Assembly: GCA_965655095.1 (NCBI GenBank) | Contig: OZ296656.1 | Location: forward strand, 14,322,001 to 14,386,000 | Source of the DNA: Haplodiscus bocki | Lineage: Eukaryota | DNA length: 64,000 bases | Reading direction: 5' to 3' | Shown here: in pieces, positions 51,101 to 64,000 of the stretch | How positions within the stretch are numbered: the stretch's first letter is position 1 | Layout of the letters: the number at the start of each line of letters is the position of its first letter | Translations under genes and position numbers: made by a program | Notes under the pieces: model-generated | The model's database searches: none | Seen by the model: only the letters and a program-made list of their open reading frames with translations | Told to the model about the DNA's origin: nothing

Positions 51101-54100
51101 TTTCTTCTCTTCTCTCTTTTTAGGCGAGTTAAAATCACTTATTTCAAATTTACCTCTTTTCAGAATTATTCTAAGACCTTTCCGAAATTTGTTTTGGCCG
51201 CAAATTAACAATACTGCTTCTGAATTATCTTAAGACTTTTCCGAAACTTGTCTTAGCCATAATTCAACCTCGTAAGATAAAGTGTACATGGGAATACTTA
51301 TATTTCAAATCACTTGTATTCGGAGCTCATAGGAAGGACCTTAAGCGAGGCCTTAAGATTTTAAGGGAACCTTTTTTAGGATTTAATAAGATCAACCAAT
51401 CACACTATAGCACGAATCAAAAATTTGGAAGAAACAAGCACTTAAAAATGGATTTTTGAACAGCATCCGAATATGTAATCATTGAAGCAAAAGTTTACCA
51501 AGGAAAGTTCCTCAGATTTTTGATATGCGATTGGTTTTTTTGAGACGCAATTGGGATTAGTTGACTTTGATTTTAGTAGAGATTATTCCTTAAAACCAAT
51601 TCTGTAATATTAACAAGTGAGTAGCACCGTAGGTTACCGGGAGGAAGCTAGGTTTGAAGTTCAACGTCCTCAAAAAACCTCGTCTTTTGTGCTCAAAATA
51701 ACCCAAGATGTCGAAATACTTCAAAACCTTCTTGCCTCACCTGTCAAGCATCCGAAATTACGACAGTTATTTCAAACACCAAAATGAGCAATACATAAGT
51801 ACCTTAAAAAAATGCTGGACAATTTTGACAGTCTGAACCTAAAATGATCATTTTCATATTTTGGTGTGAACTGCAGTTGTCAATTCTGATGACTGTCAAG
51901 CTGAATAGGATGGATTGAAAGAAGTTCTCCTTGATTATTCACCGGAGATAACTATCGCGGAAGCTTCAAATTTCGAACAAGTATCAGTTTTTTGGGTCAA
52001 TAGAAAAAGCAAACAAACATGCCCGAGTCCTGCATGCTATTTTTGTTAACAAAATTGGGTGAAGCACCGAATAAAAAAGCCAAACTGCAGGATTTTTTCC
52101 CGAAAAAATCAGACTTTCAAAAGATGCGACGAGTCCGCATTCACTAATCTGATCTTCACAATCTCCATTGTTGTGTCTCAACATTATGCTATAGGAAAGA
52201 AAGTATCAGAGTGATTCTCTATCCAAAAAGAAAAAGAGGAAAGAAAGACGAGTTCAGAAGAGAAAAGATCGACGTTGAACTTATAATGAAAAATTCCAGG
52301 AACAAATTTTTACGGAGAACAGTTATATATGTGATTCATTTGTTCAATAAGCACGGTTACAATAACCCCAAATAATTAAGATTTCTTTACTGGAAGTTGA
52401 AAAAGAAAAAAATAAATAGGAAGTGAAAGTGTTCGGGTACAAATTTTGGTCACCTAAGCTCCTAGTTTACCTTCAAAGAAATTCTAAAGCACCAAGATCG
52501 ACTGCCTGTATCGCGTTACAGTAAATGTTCAATCTTAGAAAAGGCGCTTTTTAATAATCCAAAAGATTAACGTAAAACTGAAACTAAGCTTGAAATGTTT
52601 CGATGACAAACGAAAGCCCGGAAAACTTAAAATTCTCAGTTTGCTACTCAAAAAGATTAGCACAACTTGTTTATTTGCTATTTAAGCTTCGTTTAAGAGA
52701 TCCACGATATGACAAAGGAAGTTGAATTTCCTTGTCACACAGGTTGGAAGGGACATTGCAACAACCCAGGACAAAGACAAATTCATCTTCCGAAAATGAC
52801 GAGTGATCGGGACAAAATTGTCGATGAAACGGAAACGGTAAAGGTAATTATTAAATGCTGGCCGTCACTACAGTTGCGTGATTGAATTGATGGAAAGCTC
52901 GGGCTTTTCAGTTGGAGTTTTACAGCTTCACTTTTAAAATTTACAACAACCAAAAAATATAATTCGCCTTGCTTAGCGGGGTATTTCCGTTGGCTACATT
53001 ACCTGCATGCACGATCACGTCACCTAGACCCGTAACCAAATAGGGCATAAACACCCAGTGCAAATCCGTAAAGTTCAGTTGATCGCTCCTGCTCACTTGC
53101 CGACTTAACCGACGTTAAACTCTCTTCCACTCAGTTATCACTTCAATTTTTGAAATTTCTTCTCTTCTCTCTTTTTAGGCGAGTTAAAATCACTTATTTC
53201 AAATTTACCTCTTTTCAGAAATATTCTAAGACATTTCCGAAATTTGTTTTGGCCGCAAATTAACAATACTGCTTCTGAATTATCTTAAGACTTTTCCGAA
53301 ACTTGTCTTAGCCATAATTCAACCTCGTAAGATAAAGTGTACATGGGAATACTTATATTTCAAATCACTTGTATTCGGAGCTCATAGGAAGGACCTTAAG
53401 CGACGCCTGAAGATTTTAAGGGAACCTTTTGAGGAATTAATAAGATCAACCAGTCACACTAAAGCACGATTCAAATTTTTGGAAGAAACAAGCACCTAAA
53501 AAAGGATTTTTGAACAGCATCCGAATATGTAATCATTGAAGCAAAAGTTTACCAAGGAAAGTTCCTCAGAAGATTTTTGATATGCGATTGGTTTTTTTGA
53601 GACGCAATTTGGATGAGTTGACTTTGATTTTAGTAGAGATTATTCCTTAAAATCATTTCTGTTTTATTAACAAGTAAATCGCACCGTAGGTTACCGGGAG
53701 GAAGCTAGGTTTAAAGTTCAACGTCCTCAAAAAACCTCATCTTTTGATCTCAAAATAACCCAAGATGTCGGAATACTTCAGAACCTTCTTGCCTCACCTG
53801 TCAAGCATCCGAAATTACGACAGTTATTTCAAACACCAAAATGAGCAATACATAAGTACGTTAAAAATATGCTAGACAATTTTGACAGTCTGAACCTAAA
53901 CTGATCATTTTCATATTTTGGTGTGAACTGCAGTTGTCAATTCTGACGACTGTCAAGCTGAATAGGATGGTTTGAAAGATGTTCTCCTTGTTTATTCACC
54001 GGAGATAACTATCGCGGAAGCTTCAAGTTTTTAACTTGTATATTTTTTTGGGTCAATCGAAAAAGCAATCAAACATGCCCGGGACTTGCCTGCTATTTTT

Positions 54101-57100
54101 GTTAACAAAATTGTGTGAAGCACCGACTAAAAAGGCCGAACTGCAGGATTTTTTTCCGAAAAAGTCAGACTTTCAAAAGATGTGACGAGTCCACATTCAC
54201 TAATCTGATCTTCAGAGCTTCGATATTGTCGTGTCTCAACCTTATGCTATAGGAAAGAAAGTATCAGAGTGATTCTTTATCCAAAGAAGGGAAGGAAAGA
54301 AAGACCAGTTCAGAAGAGGAAAGATTCACGTTGACGTTATAATGAAAAACTTCCACGAACAAATTTTTACGGAAAGCAGCTATATATGTAATTCATTTGT
54401 TCAACAAGCACGGTTACAATAACCCCAATTTTTTAAGATTTCTTTACTGGAAGTTGAAAAGGAAAAAATAAACAGGAAGTGAAAGTGTTTTGGTACAACT
54501 TTTGGTCACCTACGCTACTAGTTTACCTTCAAAGAACTTCTAAAGCACCAAGATCGACTGCCTTTATCGCGTTACAGTAAAAACTTAATCGTAGAAAAGG
54601 CGCTTTTTAGTAGTCCAAAAGATTAACGTAAAACTGAAACTAAGCTTGAAATTTTTCGATGACAAACGAAAGCCTTGAAAATTTAAACTTATCAGTTTAC
54701 TGCTCAAAACGAATAGCACAACTTGTTTATTTGCTATTTAGGCTTCGTTCAAGAGATCCACGAGATGACAAAGGAAGTTGAATTTCCTTGTCACACAGGT
54801 TGGAAGGAACATTGCAACAACCCAGGACAAAGATAAATTCATCTTCCAAAAATGACGAGCGATCGGGACAAAAATGTCGATGAAACGGAAATAGTAAAGG
54901 TAATTATTAAATGCTGCCCGTCACTATAGTGGCGTGATTGAATTGATGGAAAGCTCGGGTTCTTCAGTTGGAGTTGCAAAATTTCAATAATAAATTTTAC
55001 AACAACAAAAAAAGATAACTCGCCTTGCTTAGTGGGTTCTTCCTATTGGCTACATGACCTGCATGCTCGATCACGTCACCTAGACCCGTAACCAAATGGG
55101 GCATAAATACCCAGTGCAGAGCCAAAAAATTTAGTTGATCGCTCCCGCTCACTTGCCTACTTGACCGATGTTAAACTCTCCTCCAGTCAGTTATCACTTC
55201 AATTTTTGAAATTTCTTCTCTCTCTTTTTAGGCGAGTTAAAATCACTTATTTCAAATTTACCTCTTCTCAAAGTTATTCTAAGACATTTCCGAAATTTGT
55301 TTTGGCCGCAATTTAACAATACTGCTTCTGAATTATCTTAAGACTTTTCCGAAACTTGTCTTAGCAATAATGAACCTCGAAAGATAAAGTGTACATGGGA
55401 ATACTTATATTTCAAGTCACTTTTATTCGGAGCTCATAGGAAGGACTTTAAGCGAGGCCTGAAGATTTTAAGGGAACCTTTTGAGGAATTATTAAGATCA
55501 ACCAATCACACTGTAGCACGATTCAAAATTTTGGATGAAACAGGCAAAAAGAAATGGATTTTTGAACAACATCCGAAGATTTAATCATTGAAGCAAAAGT
55601 TTAGCAAGTAGAGTTCATCAGAAGATTTTTGATGTGAGATTGCTTTTTCTGAGATGGAATTTGGATGAGTGGACTATGATTTTAGTAGAGATTATTCCTT
55701 AAGATCAATTCTGCATTATTACCAAGTGAATCGCACCGTGGGTTACCGGGACGAAGCTATGTTTAAGGTTCAAAGTCCTCAAAAAGCCTCATCTTTTGTT
55801 CTCAAATTAACCCAAGATGTCGAAAGACTTCAGAACCTTCTTGTCTCACCTGTCAATCATCCGAAATTACGACAGTTATTTCAAACAACAAAATGAGCAA
55901 AACATAAGTACATTCAAAAAAGGCCAGACAATTTTGACACACTGAGCCTAAAGTGATCATATTCATAGTTCGATGTGAACTGCAGGTGTCAGTACTGATG
56001 ACTATCAATTTAAATAGAATGGTTTGAAGGAAGTTTTCCTTGTTTTTTCACCGGAGATAACTATCGCGGAAGCTTCAAATTTTTAACATGTATCATTTTT
56101 GTGGGTCAAACGAAAAAGCAAACAAACATTCCCGGGAGCTGCATGCTTTTTTTGTTAACAAAATTGGGTGAAGCTCCGAATAAAAAATACCCAAATGCAG
56201 GATATTTTCCCGAAAAAATCAGACTTTCAAAAGTTGTGACGAGTCCACGCTCAGTAATATGATCTTCACAATCTCAGTGTTGTCGTGTCTCAAACTTATG
56301 CTAAAGAAAAGAAAGTATCAGAGTGATTCTTTATCCAAGAAAAACAAAGGAAAGAAAGACGAGTTCAGAAGAGAAAAGATCCACGTTGACCTTATATTGA
56401 GAGAATTCCACGAAGGAATAAATACGGAAAACAGTTAAATATGTAATTCATTTGTTCAACAAGAACGGTTACAATAAACCCCAAAGAAATAGGAATTCTT
56501 TACTGGAAGTTAAAAAAAAGATATAAATAAGAAGTGAAAGTGTTCTGGTATGAATTTTGGTCCCCTAAGCTCCCAGATAACCTTCAAAAAATTTCTAAAG
56601 CACCAAGATCGACTGCCTGTATCGCCTTACAGTAAATGCTCAATTTTAGAAAAGGCGCATTTTAATAATCCAAAATTAACGCAAAAAACTGAAACTATGC
56701 TTGAAATGTTTCGATGACAAACGAAAGCCTCGAAAACTTAAAATTCTCAGTTTACTACTCAAAAAGATTAGCACAACTTGTTTACTGGCTATTTAGGTTT
56801 CGTTTAAGAGATCCACGAGATGACAAAGGAAGTTGAAGTTCCTTGTCACACAGGTTGGAAGGGACATTGCAACAACCCAGGGCAAAGACAACTTCATCTT
56901 CCAAAAAAGACGAGCGATCGGGACAAAATTGTCGATGAAGCGGAAATAGTAAAGGTAATTATTAAATGCTGCCCGTCACTACAGTGGCGTGATTGAATTG
57001 ACGGAAAGCTCGAGTTTTTCAGTTAGAGTTGCACAATTTCACTATTAAATTTTACAACAACAAAAAATTATAATTCGCCTGGCTTAGTGGGGTTTTCCCA

Positions 57101-60100
57101 TTGGCTACATGACCTACATGCACGATTACGTTACCTAGACCCGTAACCAAATGGGGCGAAAATACCCAGTGCAAAGCCATGAAGTTTAGTTGATCGCTCC
57201 TGCTCACTTACCTATTTAACCGATGTTATACTCTCCTCCACTCAGTTATCATTTCAGTTTTTGAAATTTCTTCTCTTCTCTCTTTTTAGGTGAGTTAAAA
57301 TCACTTTTTTCAAATATACATCTTTTCGGAATTGTTCCAAGATTTTTCCGAAATTTGACTTGGCCGCAATTTAACAAAATTGTTTCTGAATTATCTTCAG
57401 AGGTTTCCGAAACTTGTATTAGCTATAAATCAATCTGGTAAGACAAAGTAACATGGGAAAATTTATATTTCATGTAACTTGTGTTCCGAGCGCATAGGAA
57501 GGACCTTAAGCGAGGCTTGAAGATTTTAAGGGAAACTTTGGAGGATTTACTAAGATCAACTAGTCACACTAGAGCACAATTCAAAATTTTGGAAGAAACA
57601 AGCAAAAAGAAATGGATTTTTGAACAGCATCCGAAGATGTAATCATTGAAGCAAAAGTTTGCCAAGGAGAGTTCATCAGAAGATTTTTGATGTGCGATTG
57701 CTTTCTCTGAGATGCAATTTGGATGAGTGGACTTTGATTTTAGTAGAGATTATTCCTTAAGATCAATTCTGCATTTTTAGCAAGTGAATCGCACCGTAGG
57801 TTACCGGGACGAAGCTATGTTTAAGGTTCAAAGTCCTCAAAAAACCTCATCTTTTGTTCTCAAATTAACCCAAGATGTCGAAAGACTTCAGAACCTTCTT
57901 GTCTCACCTGTCAATTATCCGAAATTACGACAGTTTTTTCAAACAACAAAATGAGCAAAACATAAGTACATTCAAAAAGGGCTAGGCAATTTTGACACAC
58001 TGAGCCTAAAGTGACCATTTTCATAATTTGATATGAACTTGCAGGTGTCAGTACTGATGACTGTCAAGCTAAATAGAATGGTTTGAAGGAAGTTCTCCTT
58101 GATTTTTCAACGGAGAAAACTATCGCGGAAGCTTCAAATTTTTGACATTTATCATTTTTGTGGGTCAATCGAAAAAGCAAACAAACATGCCCGGGACTTG
58201 CATGCTTTTTTTGTTAACAAATTTGGGTGAAGCTCCGAATAAAAAATACCCAACTGCAGGTTTTTTTCCCAAAATAATCAGATTTTCAAAAGTTGTGACG
58301 AGTCCACGTTCAGTAATATGATCTTCACTTTCTCGGTGTTGTCGTGTCTCAAACTTGTGCTAAAGGAAAGAAAGTATCAGAGTGATTCTTTATCGAAGAA
58401 AAAGAAAGGAAAGAAAGACGAGTTCAGAAGAGAAAAGATCCATGTTGACCTTATATTGAGAAACTTCCACGAACGAATATTTACGGAAAACAGTTAAAAA
58501 TGTAATTCATTTGTTCAACAAGAACGGTTACAATAAACCCCAAAGAAATAGGATTTCTTTACTGGAAGTTGAAAAAAAAAGATATAAATAAGAAGTGAAA
58601 GTGTTCTGGTATGAATTTTGGTCACCTAAGCTCCCAGAATACCTTCAAAAAACTTCTAAAGCACCAAGATCGACTGCCTGTATCGCCTAACAGTAAATGC
58701 TCAATTTTAGAAAAGGCGCATTTTATTAATCCAAAAATAACGTGAAACTGAAACTAAGCTTGAAATGTTTCGATGACAAACGAAAGCCTCGAAAACTTAA
58801 AAGTCTCAGTTTACTACTCAAAAAGATTAGCACAACTTGTTTATTTGCTATTGAAGCTTCCTTTAAGAGATCCACGAGATGACAAAGGGAGTTGAATTTC
58901 CTTGTCACACAGGTTGGAAGGGACATTGCAACAACCCAGGGCAAAGACAAATTCATCTTCCAAAAATAACGACCGATCGGGACAAAAATGTCGATGAAAC
59001 GGAAATAGTAAAGGTAATTATTAAATGCTGCCTGTCACTACAGTGGCGTGATTGAATTGATGGAAAGCTGGGGTTTTTCAGTTGGTGTTACACAATTTCA
59101 CTACTAAATTTTACAACAACAGAAAAATATAATTCGCCTGGCATAGTGGGAATTCCCATTGGCTACATGACCTGCATGCACGATTACGTCACCTAGACCC
59201 GTAACCAAAGGGGGCGAAAATACCCGGTGCAAAGCCATGCAGTTTAGTTGATCGCTCCTGCTCACTTGCCTATTTAACCGATGTTATACTCTCCTCCATT
59301 CAAACATCATTTCAATTTTTGAAAGTTCTTCTCTTCTCTCTTTTTAGGCGAGTTAAAATCACTTATTTCAAATTTACATATTTTCAGAAATGTTCCAAGA
59401 ACTTTCCGATATTTGACCTGGCCGCAATTTAACAAAACTGTTTCTGATTTATCTTGAGAGGTTTCCGAAACTTGTCTTAGCCATAAATCAATCTGGTAAG
59501 ACAAAGTAACATGGGACAATTTATATTTCAAATCACTTGTATTCGGAGCTCATAGGAAGGACCTTAAGCGAGGCCTGAAGTTTTTAAGGGAACCTTTGGA
59601 GGATTTACTAAGATCAACTAGTCACACTATAGCACGATTCAAAATATTGGATGAAAGAAGCAAAAAGAAATGGATTTTTGAACAGCATCCGAAGATGTAA
59701 TCATTGAAGCAAAAGTTTACTAAGTAGAGTTCATCAGAAGATTTTTGATGTGCGATTGCTTTTTCTGAGATGCAATTTGGGTGAGTGGAATTTGATTTTA
59801 GTAGAGATTCTTCCTTAAGATCAATTCTGCATTTTTAACAAGTGAATCGCACCGTAGGTTACCGGGACGAAGCTATGTTTAAGGTTCAAAGTCCTTTAAA
59901 AAACCTCATCTTTTGTTCTCAAGTTAACCCAAGATGTCCAAAGACTTCAGAACCTTCTTGTCTCACCTGCCAATCATCCGAAATTACGACAGTTATTTCA
60001 AACAAAAAAATGAGCAAAACATAAGTACATTCAAAAAAGGCTAGATAATTTTGACACACTGAGCCTAAAGTCGTCATTTTCATAATTTGATGTGAACTTC

Positions 60101-63100
60101 AGGTGTCAGTACTGATGACTGTCAAGCTAAATAGAATGGTTTGAAGGAAGTTCTCCTTGATTTTCACCGGAGATAACTATCGCGGAAGCTTCAAATTTTT
60201 AACATGTATCATTTTTGTGGGTCAATCGAAAAGGCAAACAAACATGCCCGGGACTTGCATGCTTTTTGTTAAACAAGATTGGGTGAAGCTCCGAATAAAA
60301 AATACACAACTGCAGGATTTTTCCCCGAGAAAATCAGACCTCCAAAAGTTGTGACCAGTCCACGTTCAGTAATATGATCTTCACAATCTCGGTGTTGTCG
60401 TGTCTCAAACTTACGCTAGAGGAAAGGAAGTATCAGAGTGATTCTTTATCCAAGAAAAAGAAAGGAAAGAAAGACGAGTTCAGAAGAGAAAAGATCCACG
60501 TTGACCTTATATTGAGAAAATTCCACGAACGAATAAATACGGAAAACAGTTGAATATGTAATTCATTTGTTCAACAAGAACGGTTACAATAAACCCCGAA
60601 GAAATAGGATTTCTTTACTGCAAGTAAAAAAAGATATAAATAAGAAGTGAAAGTGTTCTGGTATGAACTTTGGTCACCTAAGCTCCCAGATAACCTTCAA
60701 AAAATTTCTAAAGCACCAAGATCGACTGCCTGTATCGCCTTACAGTAAATGCTCAATTTTAGAAAAGGCGCATTTTATTAATCCAAAAATAACGTAAAAC
60801 TGAAACTAAGCTTGAAATGTTTCGATGACAAACGATAGCCTCGAAAACTTAAAATTCTCAGTTTACTACTCAAAAAGATTAGCACAACTTGTTTACTGGC
60901 TATTTAGGTTTCCTTTAAGAGATCCACGAGATGACAAAGGAAGTTGAAGTTCCTTGTCACACAGGTTGGAAGGGACATTGCAACAACCCAGGGCAAAGAC
61001 AACTTCATCTTCCAAAAACGACGAGTGATCGGGACAAAATTGTCGATGAAACGGAAATGGTAAAGGTAATTAATAAATGCTGGCCGTCGCTACAGTGGCG
61101 TGATTGAATTGATGGAAAGCTCTAGTTTTTCAGTTGGAGTTGCAAAATTTCGCTATTGAATTTTACAACAACAAAAAAATATAATTCCCCTTTCTCAGCG
61201 CGGTCTTCCCATTGGCTACATGACCTGCATGCACGATTACGTCACCTAGACCAGTAACCAAATGGGGCGAAAATACCCATTGCAAAGCCATGAAGTTTAG
61301 TTGATCGCTCCTGCTCACTTGCCTATTTAACCGAGGTTATACTCTCCTCCACTCAAATATCATTTCAATTTTTGAAATTTCTTCTCTTCTGTCTTTTTAG
61401 GCGAGTCAAAATCACTTATTTCAAATTTACATCTTTTCAGAAATGTTCCAAGAACTTTCCGAAGTTTGACTTGGCCGCAATTTAACAAAACTGTTTCTGA
61501 ATTATCTTGAGAGGTTTCCGAAACTTGTCTTAGCCATAAATCAATCTTGTAAGACAAAGTAACATGGGAAATTTTTTATTTCAAGTCATTTGTGTTCCGA
61601 GGGCATAGGAAGGACCTTAAACGAGGCTTGAAGATTTTAAGGGAAACTCTGGTGGATTTACTAAGATCAACCAGTCACACTATGGCACGATTGAAAATTT
61701 TGGAAAAAACAAGCACAAAAGAAATGGATTTTTGAACAGCATCCGAAGATGATATCATTGAAATCAGTTTACCAAGGAGAGTTCATCGGAAGATTTCTGA
61801 TATGCGATTGGTTTTTCTGAGATGCAATTTGGATGAGTGGACTTTGATTTTAGAAGAGATTATTCCTTGAGACCATTTCCGCATTAACACCAAGTGAATC
61901 GCACCGTAGGTTACCGGGAAGAAGCTGTGTTTAAAGTTCAAAGTCCTCAAAAAACCTCATCTTTTATTCTCAATTTAACCCAAGATGTCGAAGTACTTCA
62001 GAAGTTTCTTGTCTCACCTGTCAATCATCCGAAATTACGACAGTTATTTCAAACAACAAATTGAGCAATGAAAAAGTACATTCAAAAAAGGCTAGACAAT
62101 TTTGACACTCTGAGACTATACTCATCAATTTCATAATTTGAAGTGAATTGCAGGTGTCAGTACTGATGACTATCAAGTTAAATAGAATGGTTTGAAAGAA
62201 GTTCTCCTTGATTTTTCACCGGAGAGAGATAACTATCGCGGAAGCTTCAAATTTTGAACATGTCTCATTTTTTTGGGTCAATCGAAAAAGCAAACAAACA
62301 TGCCCGGGACTTGCATGCTATTTTTGATAACAAAATTGGGTGAAGCAGCGAATAAAAAAAGCCCAACTCCAGGATTTTTTCCCAAAAATATCAGACTTTC
62401 AAAAGATGTGACGAGTCCAAGTTCACTAATCTGATCTTCACAATCTCGATGTTGTCATGTGTCAACCTTATGCTATAGGAAAGAAAGTATCAGAGTGATT
62501 CTTTATCCAAAAAAAGAAAGGAAAAAAAGACGAGTTCAGAAGAGAAAAGACCCAGGTTGAACTTATTATGAAAAAATTCCACGAACGAATATTTACGGAA
62601 AACAGTTATTTATGTGGTTTTTTGTTCAATAAGCACGGTTACAATCAACCCCAGACAATTAAAATTTCTTCACTGCAAGTTAAAAAGGAAAGAAATAAAT
62701 AGGAAGTGAAAGTGTTCTGGTTAAAATTTTGGTCACCTAAACTCCTAGATTACCTTCAAATAATTTCTAAAGCACCAAGATGGACTGCCATTATCGCCTT
62801 ACAGTCAATGCTTAATTTTAGAAAAGGCGCATTTCATTAATCCAAAAAAATGTAAAACTGAAACTAAGCTTGAAATAATTAGATGACAAACGAAAGCCTC
62901 GAAATTTTAAAGTTCTCAGTTTACTACTCAAAAATACTAGCACAACTTATTTATTTGCTATATAAGCTTCGCTTAAGAGACCCACGAGATGACAAAGGAA
63001 GTTGATTTTCCTTGTCACACAGGTTGGAAGGGACATTGCAACAACCCAGGGCAGAGACAAATTCATCTTCCAAAAATGACGAGCGATCAGGACAAAAATT

Positions 63101-64000
63101 GTCGATGAAACGGAAAAAGTAAAAGCAATTATTAAATGCTGGCCGTCACTACAGTGGAGTGATTAAATTGATGGAAAACTCGAGTTTTTCAGTTGGAGTT
63201 GCACAAGTCACTATTAAACTTTACAACAACAAAAAATATAAATCGCCTAGCTTAGCGAGGTTTTCCCATTGGCTACATAACCTGCATGCACGATCACGTC
63301 ACCTAGACCCGTAACCAAATGGGGAATAAATACCCAGTGCAAAGCCATAGACTTCATTTGATCGCTCCTGCTCACATGCCTACTCAACCGATGTTAAACT
63401 CTCCTCCACTCCGTCATCACTTCAACTTTTGAAATTTTTCCTCTTTTCTCTATTTAGGCAAGTAAAAATCACTTATTTCAAATTTACCTATTTTCAGAAT
63501 TATTTTAAGACCTTCCGAAATTTGTCTCGGCCGCAATATAACAATACTGCTTCTGAATTATCTTAGGACTTTTCCGAATCTTGTCTTCACCATAATTCAA
63601 AATGGTAAGACAAAGTGTACATGGGAAAATTTAAATTTCAAGTCGCTTGTTTTCGGAGCACATAGGAAGGACCTTAAGCGAGGCCTCAAGATTTTAAGGG
63701 AACCTTTGGAGGATTTACTATGATCAACCAGTCACACTATAGCACGATTCAAAAATTTGGAAGAAACAAGAACAAAAAAATGGATTTTTGAACAGCATCC
63801 GAAGATGTAATCATTGAAGCAAAAGTTTACGGAGGAGAGTTCATCACAAGATTTTTGATAAGCGATTGGTTTTTCTGAGATGCAATTTGGATGAGTGGAC
63901 TTCGATTTTAGCAGAGAATATTCCCTAAGACCAATTCGCATTATTATCAAATGAATCGCACCGTAGGTCACCGGGAGGAAGCTATGTTTAAAGTTCAAAG

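Larger units (their letters stand above)
14100..64000 (+). repeat. Macrosatellite: head-to-tail array of ~2.05 kb units, 24 complete plus a partial 25th, running off the window
   Basis: Anchor GTACATGGG or variant at 14115, 16163, 18214, 20261, 22310, 24358, 26407, 28452, 30498, 32548, 34593, 36642, 38692, 40746, 42803, 44859, 46856, 49226, 51284, 53339, 55391, 57448, 59506, 61559, 63617. Spacing 2045-2058 bp except unit 16 (1997) and unit 17 (2370). Confidence 0.99.

Noticed and set aside
14687-52184. Recurring minus-strand ORFs (MRHNNGDC..., MSRSDQLNF...) as a tandem gene family
   Set aside because: Starts, stops and frames differ between units and no domain is recognisable; best read as chance or antisense shadows.
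60157-61010. GDN and WKGH...GQRQ words reminiscent of negative-strand RNA virus polymerase motifs
   Set aside because: Wrong order and spacing, and no motif A; not enough for a viral call.
14100-64000. Array as rDNA, 5S, histone, tRNA cluster or CRISPR
   Set aside because: No conserved rRNA, tRNA or histone sequence found; 5S-like words (CCACGTTGAA, TGGGAATAC) are scattered and non-colinear; no short repeat/unique spacer structure.

Overview
Eukaryotic (invertebrate-metazoan-like, AT-rich) genomic DNA in two very different parts. (1) 1-~13.4 kb: a three-coding-exon minus-strand gene of the HDGF-related/LEDGF family (N-terminal PHWP-type PWWP domain, long charged linker, integrase-binding-domain-like helical bundle; about 879 aa, splice phases consistent). 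Its 3.7 kb first intron holds decayed non-LTR retrotransposon sequence: a minus-strand RT with a (TAC)n-like tail, back-to-back with plus-strand remnants of an SGNH esterase ORF and a separate PHD/coiled-coil ORF1. (2) ~14.1 kb to the window end: a head-to-tail macrosatellite of ~2.05 kb units (24 complete plus a partial 25th) with mosaic subfamilies, one 59 bp deletion and one ~320 bp internal duplication. The most notable signal is that part of the repeat unit and the unique 700 bp just upstream of it each carry a stop-depleted plus-strand reading frame, and the two appear to join, suggesting the array was amplified from a decayed, unidentified protein-coding sequence. All translation and alignment was done by eye; no searches were run.
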